From IMG/VR virus record IMGVR_UViG_3300044729_002129, positions 1-64,000 of that record: 64,000 nt of DNA, one strand, 5' to 3'. This stretch comes from a virus. Position numbers and translations under genes: made by a program. Below, piece after piece: positions 28,354-37,850 of the stretch (position 1 is its first letter; each line of letters opens with the position of its first letter). Below the pieces are notes generated by a model that saw nothing but the letters and a program-made list of their open reading frames with translations, was not told the origin of the DNA and searched no databases.

Positions 28354-29484
28354 ATGGAAGTTTTAAACATCAAAGACGTACAGGGTTTTATTAATAATCG
28401 CAAAGTTGTATTTATTACCGGAGTAACAGGCCAAGATGGTAGTCACTTGGTTGATTATTTACTAGAATCCACAGATCATTTCATAATCGGTGGTGCTAGA
28501 AGACTAAGTACAAAAAACCACGAAAACATCGATCATATAAAAAATGACAGATTCAAACTAGTTAACTTTGATCTAAGTGATGTACATAGTATCAATAAGA
28601 TTGTACAAGATCTTAAACCAGACTATTTTGTTAATTTAGCCGCACAAACATTCGTAGGTAGTAGTTGGGACTTTCCAGCTCAAACGTGGGAGTGTAATAC
28701 CTCCGCTGTAATTCATATACTTGAATCTATTAGACAACATAGACCATCTTGTAGATTCTACAACGCTGGTAGCAGTGAAGAATATGGTAATGTCACATAT
28801 AGTCCACAAGATGAAAATCATCCAGCCAGACCAAGAAGTCCATATGGTGCAAGTAAATCAGCAGCAAGACAATTAGTAAAAGTATATAGAGAATCATACA
28901 ACTTATATGCTGTACAAGGTTTATTGTTTAATCATGAAGGTACTCGTAGAGGTGAAGAATTTGTTACACGTAAAATTACCAAGGGTGTGGCTAGAATTAA
29001 AAAAGCAATACTTGCGGGTAAATCATTTGTTCCAATTGAATTGGGTAATGTTAAAGCCAAGAGAGACTGGAGTGATGCTGAAGATTTTGTAAGAGGTATT
29101 TGGTTGATGTTGAATCAAGAAAAATGTAGAGTTGATATGGATAGTAATATGCAAATTGAAGAATATGTACTATCTAGCAATGAAACACATACTATTGCGG
29201 AATTTGTTTGGTATGCTTTTAAAGCAGCTGGCATTGAAGGTGCATGGCATGGTGAAGCAGAAAGATCAGAATTTAGTATCAGCACCAAAGATGCAATTAA
29301 ATATGAACCAGTTGTATCGGTCTTGGTAAAAATTAATCCAAAGTTCTATAGACCTGCCGAAGTAGATATTCTATTAGGAGATAGTACCAAAGCAAGAAGA
29401 GAATTGGGGTGGAAACCAAAAACAGACTTTGAAGGTCTGGTAAAAAAGATGGTTGATAACGATTTAAAACAAGCCGGACTATAA
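28354..29484 (+). CDS. gmd: GDP-mannose 4,6-dehydratase
   Basis: ITGVTGQDGS, NLAAQ, SSEEYG, PRSPYGASK, LFNHEG.RRG..FVTRKI, RDW..A.D, RPAEVD.LLGD. Confidence 0.95.
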   Translation: MEVLNIKDVQGFINNRKVVFITGVTGQDGSHLVDYLLESTDHFIIGGARRLSTKNHENIDHIKNDRFKLVNFDLSDVHSINKIVQDLKPDYFVNLAAQTFVGSSWDFPAQTWECNTSAVIHILESIRQHRPSCRFYNAGSSEEYGNVTYSPQDENHPARPRSPYGASKSAARQLVKVYRESYNLYAVQGLLFNHEGTRRGEEFVTRKITKGVARIKKAILAGKSFVPIELGNVKAKRDWSDAEDFVRGIWLMLNQEKCRVDMDSNMQIEEYVLSSNETHTIAEFVWYAFKAAGIEGAWHGEAERSEFSISTKDAIKYEPVVSVLVKINPKFYRPAEVDILLGDSTKARRELGWKPKTDFEGLVKKMVDNDLKQAGL

Positions 29485-29495
29485 TTATACAATAT

Positions 29496-29897
29496 ATGAG
29501 TGAATCTTATACATTATATAATCAAACCGTGATGGATCATTTTATGAACCCACGAAATATGGGTGACATAAAAGACGCAGACGCAGTTGGTGAAGTAGGT
29601 GCAGCTGCGTGCGGTGATATCATGAAAATTAGTCTAAAAATCGATGACGTTACTGGAACTGTAACGGATGCAAGATTCAAGACATTTGGATGTGGTAGTG
29701 CTATAGCGGCTTCATCTATGGCTACTACATTAATCAAAGGTAAATCAATAGATGAACTTGAAAGATGTTTTAGTAATGATGATATTGTAGACGCGCTAGG
29801 TGGTTTACCACCAGTCAAAATTCACTGTAGCGTACTTGCGCACGAAGCATTAAGTGCAGCATTAGAAGATTACAAAAAAAGAAAAAGAATAAATTAA
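29496..29897 (+). CDS. iscU: Fe-S cluster scaffold protein
   Basis: DHFMNPRN.G, ACGD, FKTFGCGSAIA.SS, LPPVKIHCS.LA. Confidence 0.95.
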   Translation: MSESYTLYNQTVMDHFMNPRNMGDIKDADAVGEVGAAACGDIMKISLKIDDVTGTVTDARFKTFGCGSAIAASSMATTLIKGKSIDELERCFSNDDIVDALGGLPPVKIHCSVLAHEALSAALEDYKKRKRIN

Positions 29898-29900
29898 GTT

Positions 29901-30161
29901 ATGAATAAATTCGAAACACAAACGCCAAAGCTAAACTTTAGCATCAAAGATACTCAACCAGTTGCGTGTAATGATTGTAAGGGTCAAGTATTTTCAAACG
30001 GAATCATTCTTAGAAGAGTTAGTAAGATACTAGCCGGTACTGATAAGGATGCATTGATTCCAGTAACAATTCCATATTGCGTTAACTGTCTATCAGTATT
30101 AGAAGATTTGTTACCAGAAGAATTAAAAGGTAACAACGCAAACAAAATTAGTCTCGTTTAA
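29901..30161 (+). CDS. zinc-ribbon hypothetical protein
   Basis: CNDC...CVNC. Confidence 0.6.
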   Translation: MNKFETQTPKLNFSIKDTQPVACNDCKGQVFSNGIILRRVSKILAGTDKDALIPVTIPYCVNCLSVLEDLLPEELKGNNANKISLV

Positions 30162-30585
30162 ATCTGTTAATTAGTTGTTGTATAATATCCCCGTGATCGA
30201 AGGCCATTTGATCATGGGGTATTTCGTTTGCATTGTGCCACTTTACTTCGGAAATTTCTCCATCTTGTGGTTTTAATGTATGTGGATAATTTGGTGGTAA
30301 TATACATCCATATGTAACTCCAAAACCCTTTCTGATAGTACTAATAGGATGCATACCAATCAATTTGAGTTGGTTTTTAATTGCGGACACATCTACATTA
30401 GTTTCTTCCTTTAACTCTCTAACACCACCATCCAAAGGTATTTCTCCATCATCTATATGACCACCTGGTATACACCACTTGTTTCCCTCAAAACTATCTG
30501 GAGTTCTTAATGTTAAGAGTACTTGAAGTTTTCCTTCGTGTAGTCTAAACAACAATACATCCGATGTTTTAATCTTATTTTTCAT
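30148..30585 (-). CDS. NUDIX hydrolase (ADP-ribose pyrophosphatase/NrtR-like)
   Basis: W.IPGG.IDDGE......RELKEET; MAFDH. Confidence 0.85.
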   Translation of the reverse strand: MKNKIKTSDVLLFRLHEGKLQVLLTLRTPDSFEGNKWCIPGGHIDDGEIPLDGGVRELKEETNVDVSAIKNQLKLIGMHPISTIRKGFGVTYGCILPPNYPHTLKPQDGEISEVKWHNANEIPHDQMAFDHGDIIQQLINRFKRD

Positions 30586-31957
30586 AATTATATGATTGTT
30601 TTATTGTTTTTCGAAAATATTGTAATTTACTAATAACATCATCGTCATCATAAGATGCCCATCTTTGTTTATCATCGTTATACCAGTTATGATAGATTTC
30701 CATATTGAATGGTGTAGTTAAAGTGTAATTAATTAATATATCAACACTCTCATTTAAAAACTCTCGTTCTGCTCCGAATTTACCGCAGATAATTTTATTA
30801 CCAATTTTTTTTGCAGTGTATGTACATAATCCAAATCCTTCACCTCTGTTCAAGGTAAAATATACATCTCCAAATTCATGTATTACATTTATTTCATCAT
30901 CATTCAAATCATCAAAACAAAATATTATATCTGGCATATTACCAAAATTTTTTAATAATTCCGTAAAATTATACTTTAAAACCTCTATTTCATTTCTAGA
31001 AAACGATCTAAAAAACGTTTTTATAAATAAACATACATTGTCGTCACTTTTAAATTTTTTGCAAAATGTTCTTATAACTTGAGTTATATTTTTACGTTCA
31101 TTGTACTGACTGATGTTATAGTAGATAGTTTTATTTTTTATTATGTCTTTTATTGTACCACTATCTTTTACAAATTTATTTGACTTATAAAGCAAAAATT
31201 TGTCGAAAATATTATCAACATTTATACGTTCGTTTTTACAAAATGGAAATATGTCATGATACCAGACATTTATTTTTTTATTAATCCCACTATTTTTAAA
31301 TACATCTTTATTGAAAGTTGATGGTACTATAACTTCATCCACACTATTATTTATCATGTTAACCCAATCTCTGTGTAATAGAGTTGTTTCCCAAACGGTC
31401 AAACCATAAAACTTTTTATTTCTAGGAAGTGTTTGTAAAATACCATTCCACGCATCTGGAACATGATGAATAATAACACATTCATAATCTATATTTTTAT
31501 TGATACACTCAAATACCAATTCTTCTTCTTTGTTACATGGTTTGTATGTAGATTTACCAAATTTATCAACACACCATTGTACCTCATATCCCGATTTTAA
31601 TAGTTGATATATGTAATTTCGTGCAGCATAACTATAACCACTATAGTTATTTTGAGATATATACAAGATTTTTTTACTATTTAAAAAGTCCAACTTTTTA
31701 ATTTCATGACTGAAAAGAACCTCGTAATTTTTTATTGATATTATTTTAAAAACCAAATTGTTTTGAAAGTGACTTGTTCCTCTGTTTAGTTTTGAATAGA
31801 AATTATTCTTAGGTATCATGTCTACAAGATCAACATGATGTGGGATTTTTGTAAATGGATCTTCCCACAAAAATAAAACATTTTCATGTGTACTAGATTC
31901 GGAAACATAAATTTCTATAGAAATCGGATCATATTTAACATCAACTAATCGTATCAT
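30575..31957 (-). CDS. GT-B (GT4-like) glycosyltransferase with N-terminal extra domain
   Basis: SGYSYAARNYI, TVWET, VPS.FN, ERKN, RGEGFGL. Confidence 0.8.
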   Translation of the reverse strand: MIRLVDVKYDPISIEIYVSESSTHENVLFLWEDPFTKIPHHVDLVDMIPKNNFYSKLNRGTSHFQNNLVFKIISIKNYEVLFSHEIKKLDFLNSKKILYISQNNYSGYSYAARNYIYQLLKSGYEVQWCVDKFGKSTYKPCNKEEELVFECINKNIDYECVIIHHVPDAWNGILQTLPRNKKFYGLTVWETTLLHRDWVNMINNSVDEVIVPSTFNKDVFKNSGINKKINVWYHDIFPFCKNERINVDNIFDKFLLYKSNKFVKDSGTIKDIIKNKTIYYNISQYNERKNITQVIRTFCKKFKSDDNVCLFIKTFFRSFSRNEIEVLKYNFTELLKNFGNMPDIIFCFDDLNDDEINVIHEFGDVYFTLNRGEGFGLCTYTAKKIGNKIICGKFGAEREFLNESVDILINYTLTTPFNMEIYHNWYNDDKQRWASYDDDDVISKLQYFRKTIKQSYNYEK

Positions 31958-31980
31958 ATAACAACTATAACTATATAATA

Positions 31981-32235
31981 TCAGTCGTGTAGCATTATTT
32001 TATTAGACTTATGTTCTGAAACTACACCAACTTTTTTCTTCAACATACTCAATGCTGCTTTGGGATTCATTTTACCAAAATTAAATCCCAATATATTATA
32101 TTGTCTACAAAACTCTTCTAGTTCTTGAACATCTCTAGGATCATATTCCATCACAGGAAAATCTTGTGGATTGTCCTGCATCTGTTTACGACGCATCAAC
32201 ATTTGATATGGGTCAAATGATGGATAACTATTCAT
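31981..32235 (-). CDS. hypothetical protein
   Basis: Start moved to MNSYPSF (32235). Confidence 0.6.
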   Translation of the reverse strand: MNSYPSFDPYQMLMRRKQMQDNPQDFPVMEYDPRDVQELEEFCRQYNILGFNFGKMNPKAALSMLKKKVGVVSEHKSNKIMLHD

Positions 32236-32236
32236 A

Positions 32237-33700
32237 TTAAAAGTAGTAATCGAAACCAAAATACTCAGCCAAGAATCTCTTCAAGAATTCTGAGTTTCTA
32301 CCTTTTAATTCTTTACCACCAGCATATCTCTTATACTGACTTTTCATACCTTCCAAGTCATTTTTCAGTGCAAATTCGGTAAACTTAGGAAATTTCTTTA
32401 ATGTACCCATATTGAATACAAAGTCAACAAACATTTCTTCTTGTTGAGGAGTTAATTTAACTCCACCTAGTTCTTTATAAACCTGTTGTTTTGCTTTTGC
32501 CAAATCTGTCTTTAATAGAGATTCAGCTTGAGCATCTGTTATACCTTTGCTAAAGTCTTCTCCTTTTTGTATTTTATGACCATATCCAATTGTATCACTA
32601 CCACCCTCAAAACTTTTATGAGGAAACCATAGTTTCTTTTGTGCATCATATCCGACTTTACCTTGATTTTCTACCTTCTTGATATAATCGATGAAAGATC
32701 CAACAGATTTTTGAGCTGTTTGAGTTATAGCAGCCTGATTTGCTGGATTTATCTTTGATGCGTCTAATTTACCAGACATTGCGCCAAGACCAATTGCTCC
32801 GGCAGCAACCCAATCCTTCCAACCCTCTTCAAGATCGTGTGCAATTTTAACTTCGTCAAACTTTCTGCCTTGTGGACCAAAATGGTCTAGATGATGATAA
32901 ACATCATCCAAATATTCACCAGCCAAGTTCAACTTAGCTTTTACCCAATCCTCCAATTCAGAGTTTGGTTGCAACATCCCTTCTAATTCTGTTGCATCAC
33001 TATTGATTTGCTTTAAAGCACCCATAGCCATACTACTATCAAATTCTTTCAATAGTTGAGAAGTAACTTCTTTATATACTTCTCTTACTGGTTTGCTTTT
33101 TGTAGAGTGGCCAGATTGTCTTAACTTTCTGGCTCTGCAATGTGCTTTCTGACTAAAACCCTTTGGATTACTACAATTGATACGTTTCTTATAGTTCATT
33201 GACCACTTTTCATCTATCTGATCATCAGAAGTACCAGCTTCCTTTTCATCACGATAAAATTTTAAGTAATCACGAATGGTTGCTACATAATCAGCGGCGT
33301 GATTTAACTTAGCTTTTACCCAATCTTCTAGATTATCATTTACACTAAACATAGATTGTAGTTTTTCACTATAATCAATTAGTTTGGTGATATCACTTTG
33401 AGCCATTTCTGCATTTTCATTAATAGAATCTGGAGCCAGTAATTGGTCCATCGTATTATTCTTTTGTGCCTTTTTCAAGTCCTTGGTTTGTATTGGTAAC
33501 AACTCAGACGCGGAATATCTAGCTTGATCACCAGTAAACTTATAATAACGTGGTAATGTAGCGATATCCCAATCAGTATTGATAGGGTCTACTATTTGCA
33601 AGAAATAATAAGACTTATCATTATACATGTCAGGTGAGGGTCTTGCTTTATCAGAGAAAAACCCCAATTGTCCTGTACGTCTAATCTTGAACAGAGGCAT
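32237..33700 (-). CDS. modular virion-type protein with C-terminal T4-lysozyme-like (GH24) domain
   Basis: Duplicated LEDWVKAKLN.A..Y module; KVEN...TIGYGH...A..LL..D...DFVFNMG...FPKF. Confidence 0.75.
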   Translation of the reverse strand: MPLFKIRRTGQLGFFSDKARPSPDMYNDKSYYFLQIVDPINTDWDIATLPRYYKFTGDQARYSASELLPIQTKDLKKAQKNNTMDQLLAPDSINENAEMAQSDITKLIDYSEKLQSMFSVNDNLEDWVKAKLNHAADYVATIRDYLKFYRDEKEAGTSDDQIDEKWSMNYKKRINCSNPKGFSQKAHCRARKLRQSGHSTKSKPVREVYKEVTSQLLKEFDSSMAMGALKQINSDATELEGMLQPNSELEDWVKAKLNLAGEYLDDVYHHLDHFGPQGRKFDEVKIAHDLEEGWKDWVAAGAIGLGAMSGKLDASKINPANQAAITQTAQKSVGSFIDYIKKVENQGKVGYDAQKKLWFPHKSFEGGSDTIGYGHKIQKGEDFSKGITDAQAESLLKTDLAKAKQQVYKELGGVKLTPQQEEMFVDFVFNMGTLKKFPKFTEFALKNDLEGMKSQYKRYAGGKELKGRNSEFLKRFLAEYFGFDYYF

Positions 33701-33709
33701 ATGATTATA

Positions 33710-34930
33710 TTATTTCTTCTTTAACTTCTTTAATGTCATTGCTAGTCTGGCACGTTGACCAACCTTACCACCCTTTTTTGCAGCAGCTGCTAACTTATCT
33801 GCTGGAATCTTTTGACCTTGTGGTACTCCCAATTGTTTATGAAGCGCACCTTTTTTGCCTGGCTTGATTGCATTTTGAATCCACTTTTTTTTGGTTTCTT
33901 CAATTTCCTTTGATTGTTCAAATGTAATTTCACCAAGATTGTCTTCTTGACCAGCTTCCATACTAGGTGGTAGTTGATCATTATCCATATCTTGCGCAAC
34001 TGGTTGTTCAACACCACCTTCAGTATCATTTGAAGTGGCAAGTTGTGCCATCAACAAATCATGAAGTTTTTGTGCTGTTTCACGATCCAAAGTCAATTTG
34101 ATATCTTGAGTCTTGGTTTCACCACCATCGGTTGAATCACCAGGCATTTCTGTTTCCATATCAGTGATATCAGCTTCTTGTTCAATTTCGTTAATTGACT
34201 CTTTGATTAGGTTTTTAATAATGTTTCTTAATTGTTCTTTTTTCATAGATTTTTTGTTTTCTGCATATCCGACAAAATCATATCCGCTTCCATAGGTTCC
34301 AACACCATCACATGAAGCGTCAGTTGGTGATGATCCATCAAATACTTGACCAACAACACTTTCATCAACATCTTCACTCATTCTCCAACCACCACCTTTG
34401 CTCTTGTACCATTTAGCAGCCCATCCATTGGCATAAGCACTTGGATATACATCAAATTTGGCTCTTGCTGCGGATTTGGCTCTAGCCCATAATGCTGGAT
34501 TTGTTGGTTTTGGTCTCTTCTTACCTTTCTTTTCTTCCAATTCAATATCAACCGTTTTGTTTAAAACGGGTTCACTTCGTCTACCATCGACTTGACCATC
34601 AGAAGTTCCGCCTATTGATCCGTGCATATTTCCTTTTTTTAATCCGCCGGCACCAATTCTAGCAGGATCATTCAAACTAGTAGTTGGATCGCCAATACCA
34701 GAACCAGTAACTGCTTGAAATTCTTTAGCCAATCCCGCATTAACTAATTTTGTATAATACTTAGGATCTTCGGTTAAATGATCCATAGCAATTTCTTTTG
34801 CAATATCTAAATCATTGGTGTGTTCCATTTCAACTTGTACACCAATACTAAGTTGTGCTGGATCTATTTTATCGTTTGGTGTATTATCACCAACACCGCC
34901 TGGAAGCTTTTTAATTAAATTATTAGTCAT
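33710..34930 (-). CDS. modular putative internal head protein (DUF5661-like and basic modules)
   Basis: G..VE.EHT.D..IA.EIA.DHL.EDP.YY..L; KPTNPALW...KFDVYPSAYAN; KWIQ.AIK..GALH..LGV. Confidence 0.65.
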   Translation of the reverse strand: MTNNLIKKLPGGVGDNTPNDKIDPAQLSIGVQVEMEHTNDLDIAKEIAMDHLTEDPKYYTKLVNAGLAKEFQAVTGSGIGDPTTSLNDPARIGAGGLKKGNMHGSIGGTSDGQVDGRRSEPVLNKTVDIELEEKKGKKRPKPTNPALWARAKSAARAKFDVYPSAYANGWAAKWYKSKGGGWRMSEDVDESVVGQVFDGSSPTDASCDGVGTYGSGYDFVGYAENKKSMKKEQLRNIIKNLIKESINEIEQEADITDMETEMPGDSTDGGETKTQDIKLTLDRETAQKLHDLLMAQLATSNDTEGGVEQPVAQDMDNDQLPPSMEAGQEDNLGEITFEQSKEIEETKKKWIQNAIKPGKKGALHKQLGVPQGQKIPADKLAAAAKKGGKVGQRARLAMTLKKLKKK

Positions 34931-35126
34931 TTTTCTTTAATCCTTGTTGAAATTTTTCAAATCCTTTACCACTACCATATCCATAATCAATCATCCATCT
35001 ACGACCTTTCATAGCTGGACTACCAACACTTGGATCATGGAATTTACCATCACCTATATAATTCCAACCACCCTTTAATGGTTCTGGTTTACGATATGTT
35101 GGTTTATCATTAGCAAAATTACCCAT
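34923..35126 (-). CDS. hypothetical protein
   Basis: Operon packing. Confidence 0.6.
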   Translation of the reverse strand: MGNFANDKPTYRKPEPLKGGWNYIGDGKFHDPSVGSPAMKGRRWMIDYGYGSGKGFEKFQQGLKKND

Positions 35127-35127
35127 A

Positions 35128-35634
35128 TTAATACTCTCTTCTTTGTTGTGCGTACTTTCTAGCCTTTAAAGTGGTCATAATCTCCATTAATGCTTCCTCT
35201 TTATCATCTGGGTATACACCCAACATATGGAGTTTACTATAGTATTTAGGGTCTTTCTTTAGATTGGTAACAACCTTTTGTTTGGCAACTTGTTTATCTT
35301 TTAGTACAAGTTTCTTCATTTCATAATCAATACCCATGATAATTTCATCTGGGGTAACCTTATACTTGATTTGTTCTACATCTTTTACATAATCCCATGG
35401 ATCTTTACCATTATAAGGAGCAAAAGGAGAAATATTGGCTTGAGTTTGTTTGGCTGTAAGGTTGGATTTATCAACCATAGTACCAAATTTATTGAGATCT
35501 TGAACTACATCTGGACTGCTAAATGTATCCAAAACGCCTGGTTCTACAGCACCAGCAATGGCACCACCTTGACCATAAGGTAATCCTTGCATCATTCTGT
35601 CGCCTAGGTCACCAAGTTCGTTTATTTTAGACAT
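35128..35634 (-). CDS. hypothetical protein with DUF5661-like module
   Basis: GIDYEM...NLKKDPKYYSKL resembles the N-terminal module of 33710..34930. Confidence 0.55.
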   Translation of the reverse strand: MSKINELGDLGDRMMQGLPYGQGGAIAGAVEPGVLDTFSSPDVVQDLNKFGTMVDKSNLTAKQTQANISPFAPYNGKDPWDYVKDVEQIKYKVTPDEIIMGIDYEMKKLVLKDKQVAKQKVVTNLKKDPKYYSKLHMLGVYPDDKEEALMEIMTTLKARKYAQQRREY

Positions 35635-35688
35635 ACTTATAAATATTGTTTATTTGAAGATATATTCAAAATCTTTAATCATCATGGG

Positions 35689-37119
35689 TTAAACAAAATT
35701 TGGTACTTGACCCATGGAATGTTCATACAAAGTACTGTTGGTATTTGATACTTTTTTTATATTTAACTGATCACTAACAGATCTTTCCAACCAATCTCTA
35801 GACTCAACTAATCTTTCTCTGGATATGTAATCTGTATATACAAATGACTGATAATTTCCTGGTATACCCTTATAGTATTCATATTGTGTGAAATTGTCTA
35901 CTTCTATAGAATAAAGATTGTCATTATTGATAGTATATTTCCATACTCCATCTTTTACTAGTATTGAGTCGTCATAATACTTACTACCGGGTATTACTGT
36001 AATAATAGTTACATCAAACTCTTCAGGCTTGCTTGATATCAACCAATTATAGGTTTCTTGTATAGTTTCATCAGATTCTCCGGGATGACCAATACTCATC
36101 AATGCTTTTATACCAATACCATATTTTTTAGCAATTTCTATACATCTTGTGTTTTCTGACTTAGTTGCTTTTTTATTAATATTTTTCAAAATACGATCAG
36201 ATCCAGATTCAAACCCTACCAACAACTTCTTGAACCCGGCTTTAGACATCAATTCTGCCTGCACTTCATTTAATAATTCGGCTTTTATACATCCTCTAAA
36301 CAAAAACTCTACATTATTAGATTGTTGATAATCAATTAATTTTTTTAATAATTCATATATGGATGTGCCTATATTCAACTCATCGTCATAAAACATGAAC
36401 GCCTTTGTATCATATGTTTTGTATAAGTGATCAATTTCTTTTATTATATTGTCCACCGATCTATTTCTTATTTTTCTAAATGTTGGACTATTTCTACCAC
36501 TGCAAAATCCACAATTGAATGGACACCCTAATTGACCAATAAGACTCAATCCCCTTTTACCATTTATCGTAAACTTGTAACTATCAACGTCTATTAAATG
36601 TCTAGCCGGAAATGGAAGTTCATCAAACTTTTCATCGGTTAGAAATAATTCAGAAGTCAGATTGTCGGCATCCACATATTTTTCCCCATCAATAGCTTTA
36701 AAAACCGCTAATTCTCCATCACCACACACTACTCTATCAAATTCGTTGAGAATATTCATCATAGACTTTGTAGCTCTACCAGAAACATTCTTAAATTTTT
36801 CTCTTTTATATGCAGAATTAATTAATGTAACATGTGGGCCACCCAATATTACCGGAATTTTATGGTCCTTTATTATTCTGTTTATTAATACAACATTGGG
36901 TAATTGTGGGGTTGTTGCGGTTATACCAACAATATCTACTTCATTTTCATTTAAATATTTGGTAACGGTATGTAAATACGCACAATCCCCAGATAAGTCT
37001 AAAACATTTACTTTGTGTTTTGATTCCAATACAGATGCAACTTTAAGTATGCCTAAAGACATAAAAACTTTTTCATCAATTAAAAATGGAGATGGTGGTA
37101 TAATTAAGGTAACATTCAT
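35689..37119 (-). CDS. cobalamin-binding radical SAM enzyme (copy 2)
   Basis: SLGILKVASVL, GGPHVT, GDGE, FPARHL, GCPFNCGFC, FYDDELN, GFESG, GHPGES; YEHSMGQ shared with copy 1. Confidence 0.9.
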   Translation of the reverse strand: MNVTLIIPPSPFLIDEKVFMSLGILKVASVLESKHKVNVLDLSGDCAYLHTVTKYLNENEVDIVGITATTPQLPNVVLINRIIKDHKIPVILGGPHVTLINSAYKREKFKNVSGRATKSMMNILNEFDRVVCGDGELAVFKAIDGEKYVDADNLTSELFLTDEKFDELPFPARHLIDVDSYKFTINGKRGLSLIGQLGCPFNCGFCSGRNSPTFRKIRNRSVDNIIKEIDHLYKTYDTKAFMFYDDELNIGTSIYELLKKLIDYQQSNNVEFLFRGCIKAELLNEVQAELMSKAGFKKLLVGFESGSDRILKNINKKATKSENTRCIEIAKKYGIGIKALMSIGHPGESDETIQETYNWLISSKPEEFDVTIITVIPGSKYYDDSILVKDGVWKYTINNDNLYSIEVDNFTQYEYYKGIPGNYQSFVYTDYISRERLVESRDWLERSVSDQLNIKKVSNTNSTLYEHSMGQVPNFV

Positions 37120-37157
37120 TTTATTTTAAAACTACTAATATCTATAAGTAGAACCAT

Positions 37158-37850
37158 ATGGATGCTATATATCAATGTTATGAAAAAAATAAAGACGTAG
37201 AATACGTATTGGAAAATTTCTACAAACACGGTGGTGGTATAGTATATCTTCTATCGGATTGTGGAAATGATTTTTCTTATCTAAAAGATGTTTATAAAGA
37301 CCGATTAATATACAAATATAACACGGAAAAAACTTGGTGTACCAGATATGGGTGGTCATCAAAAGCACAAGCTCTACACTGGATGGTTTGGTTTACTGAA
37401 GCGTGTAGATCTTTAAATTCCGACTATATCATTTTACTAGAAGACGATGTTCTTATAAATGGGGATTTAAATTTGATAAAAATAGATCACGAAATAAATG
37501 GCCCAGATAAACACTGTTGTAATCTGATGGATAAAGAAATATTAGATTACTTATTTACACTAGATTCAAATAATTATGATATACCATTTTATGGTGGATG
37601 TGGTGGTTCTATAATGAATAGAAAAATTATAGCTAAAGGGGAGTTTCCATATCTCCTAAATAAACACTACGATGCTTTAACATCCGTCTCAAATAAAGCA
37701 AAATTCTCAGATGTTATGTTAACTATATTATTTAGAATGTCTGGATATGCGTATGGTGCCAATAAAGACTATACAGAAGCTTGGATAAACAGAAATTGGA
37801 GAGTTACAGGAGAAAAAATTATTCATCAATATGACGAACCAGAAATTTAA
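37158..37850 (+). CDS. GT-A-like glycosyltransferase
   Basis: LLSDCG.D, YGW, ILLEDDV, YGGCGGS. Confidence 0.55.
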   Translation: MDAIYQCYEKNKDVEYVLENFYKHGGGIVYLLSDCGNDFSYLKDVYKDRLIYKYNTEKTWCTRYGWSSKAQALHWMVWFTEACRSLNSDYIILLEDDVLINGDLNLIKIDHEINGPDKHCCNLMDKEILDYLFTLDSNNYDIPFYGGCGGSIMNRKIIAKGEFPYLLNKHYDALTSVSNKAKFSDVMLTILFRMSGYAYGANKDYTEAWINRNWRVTGEKIIHQYDEPEI

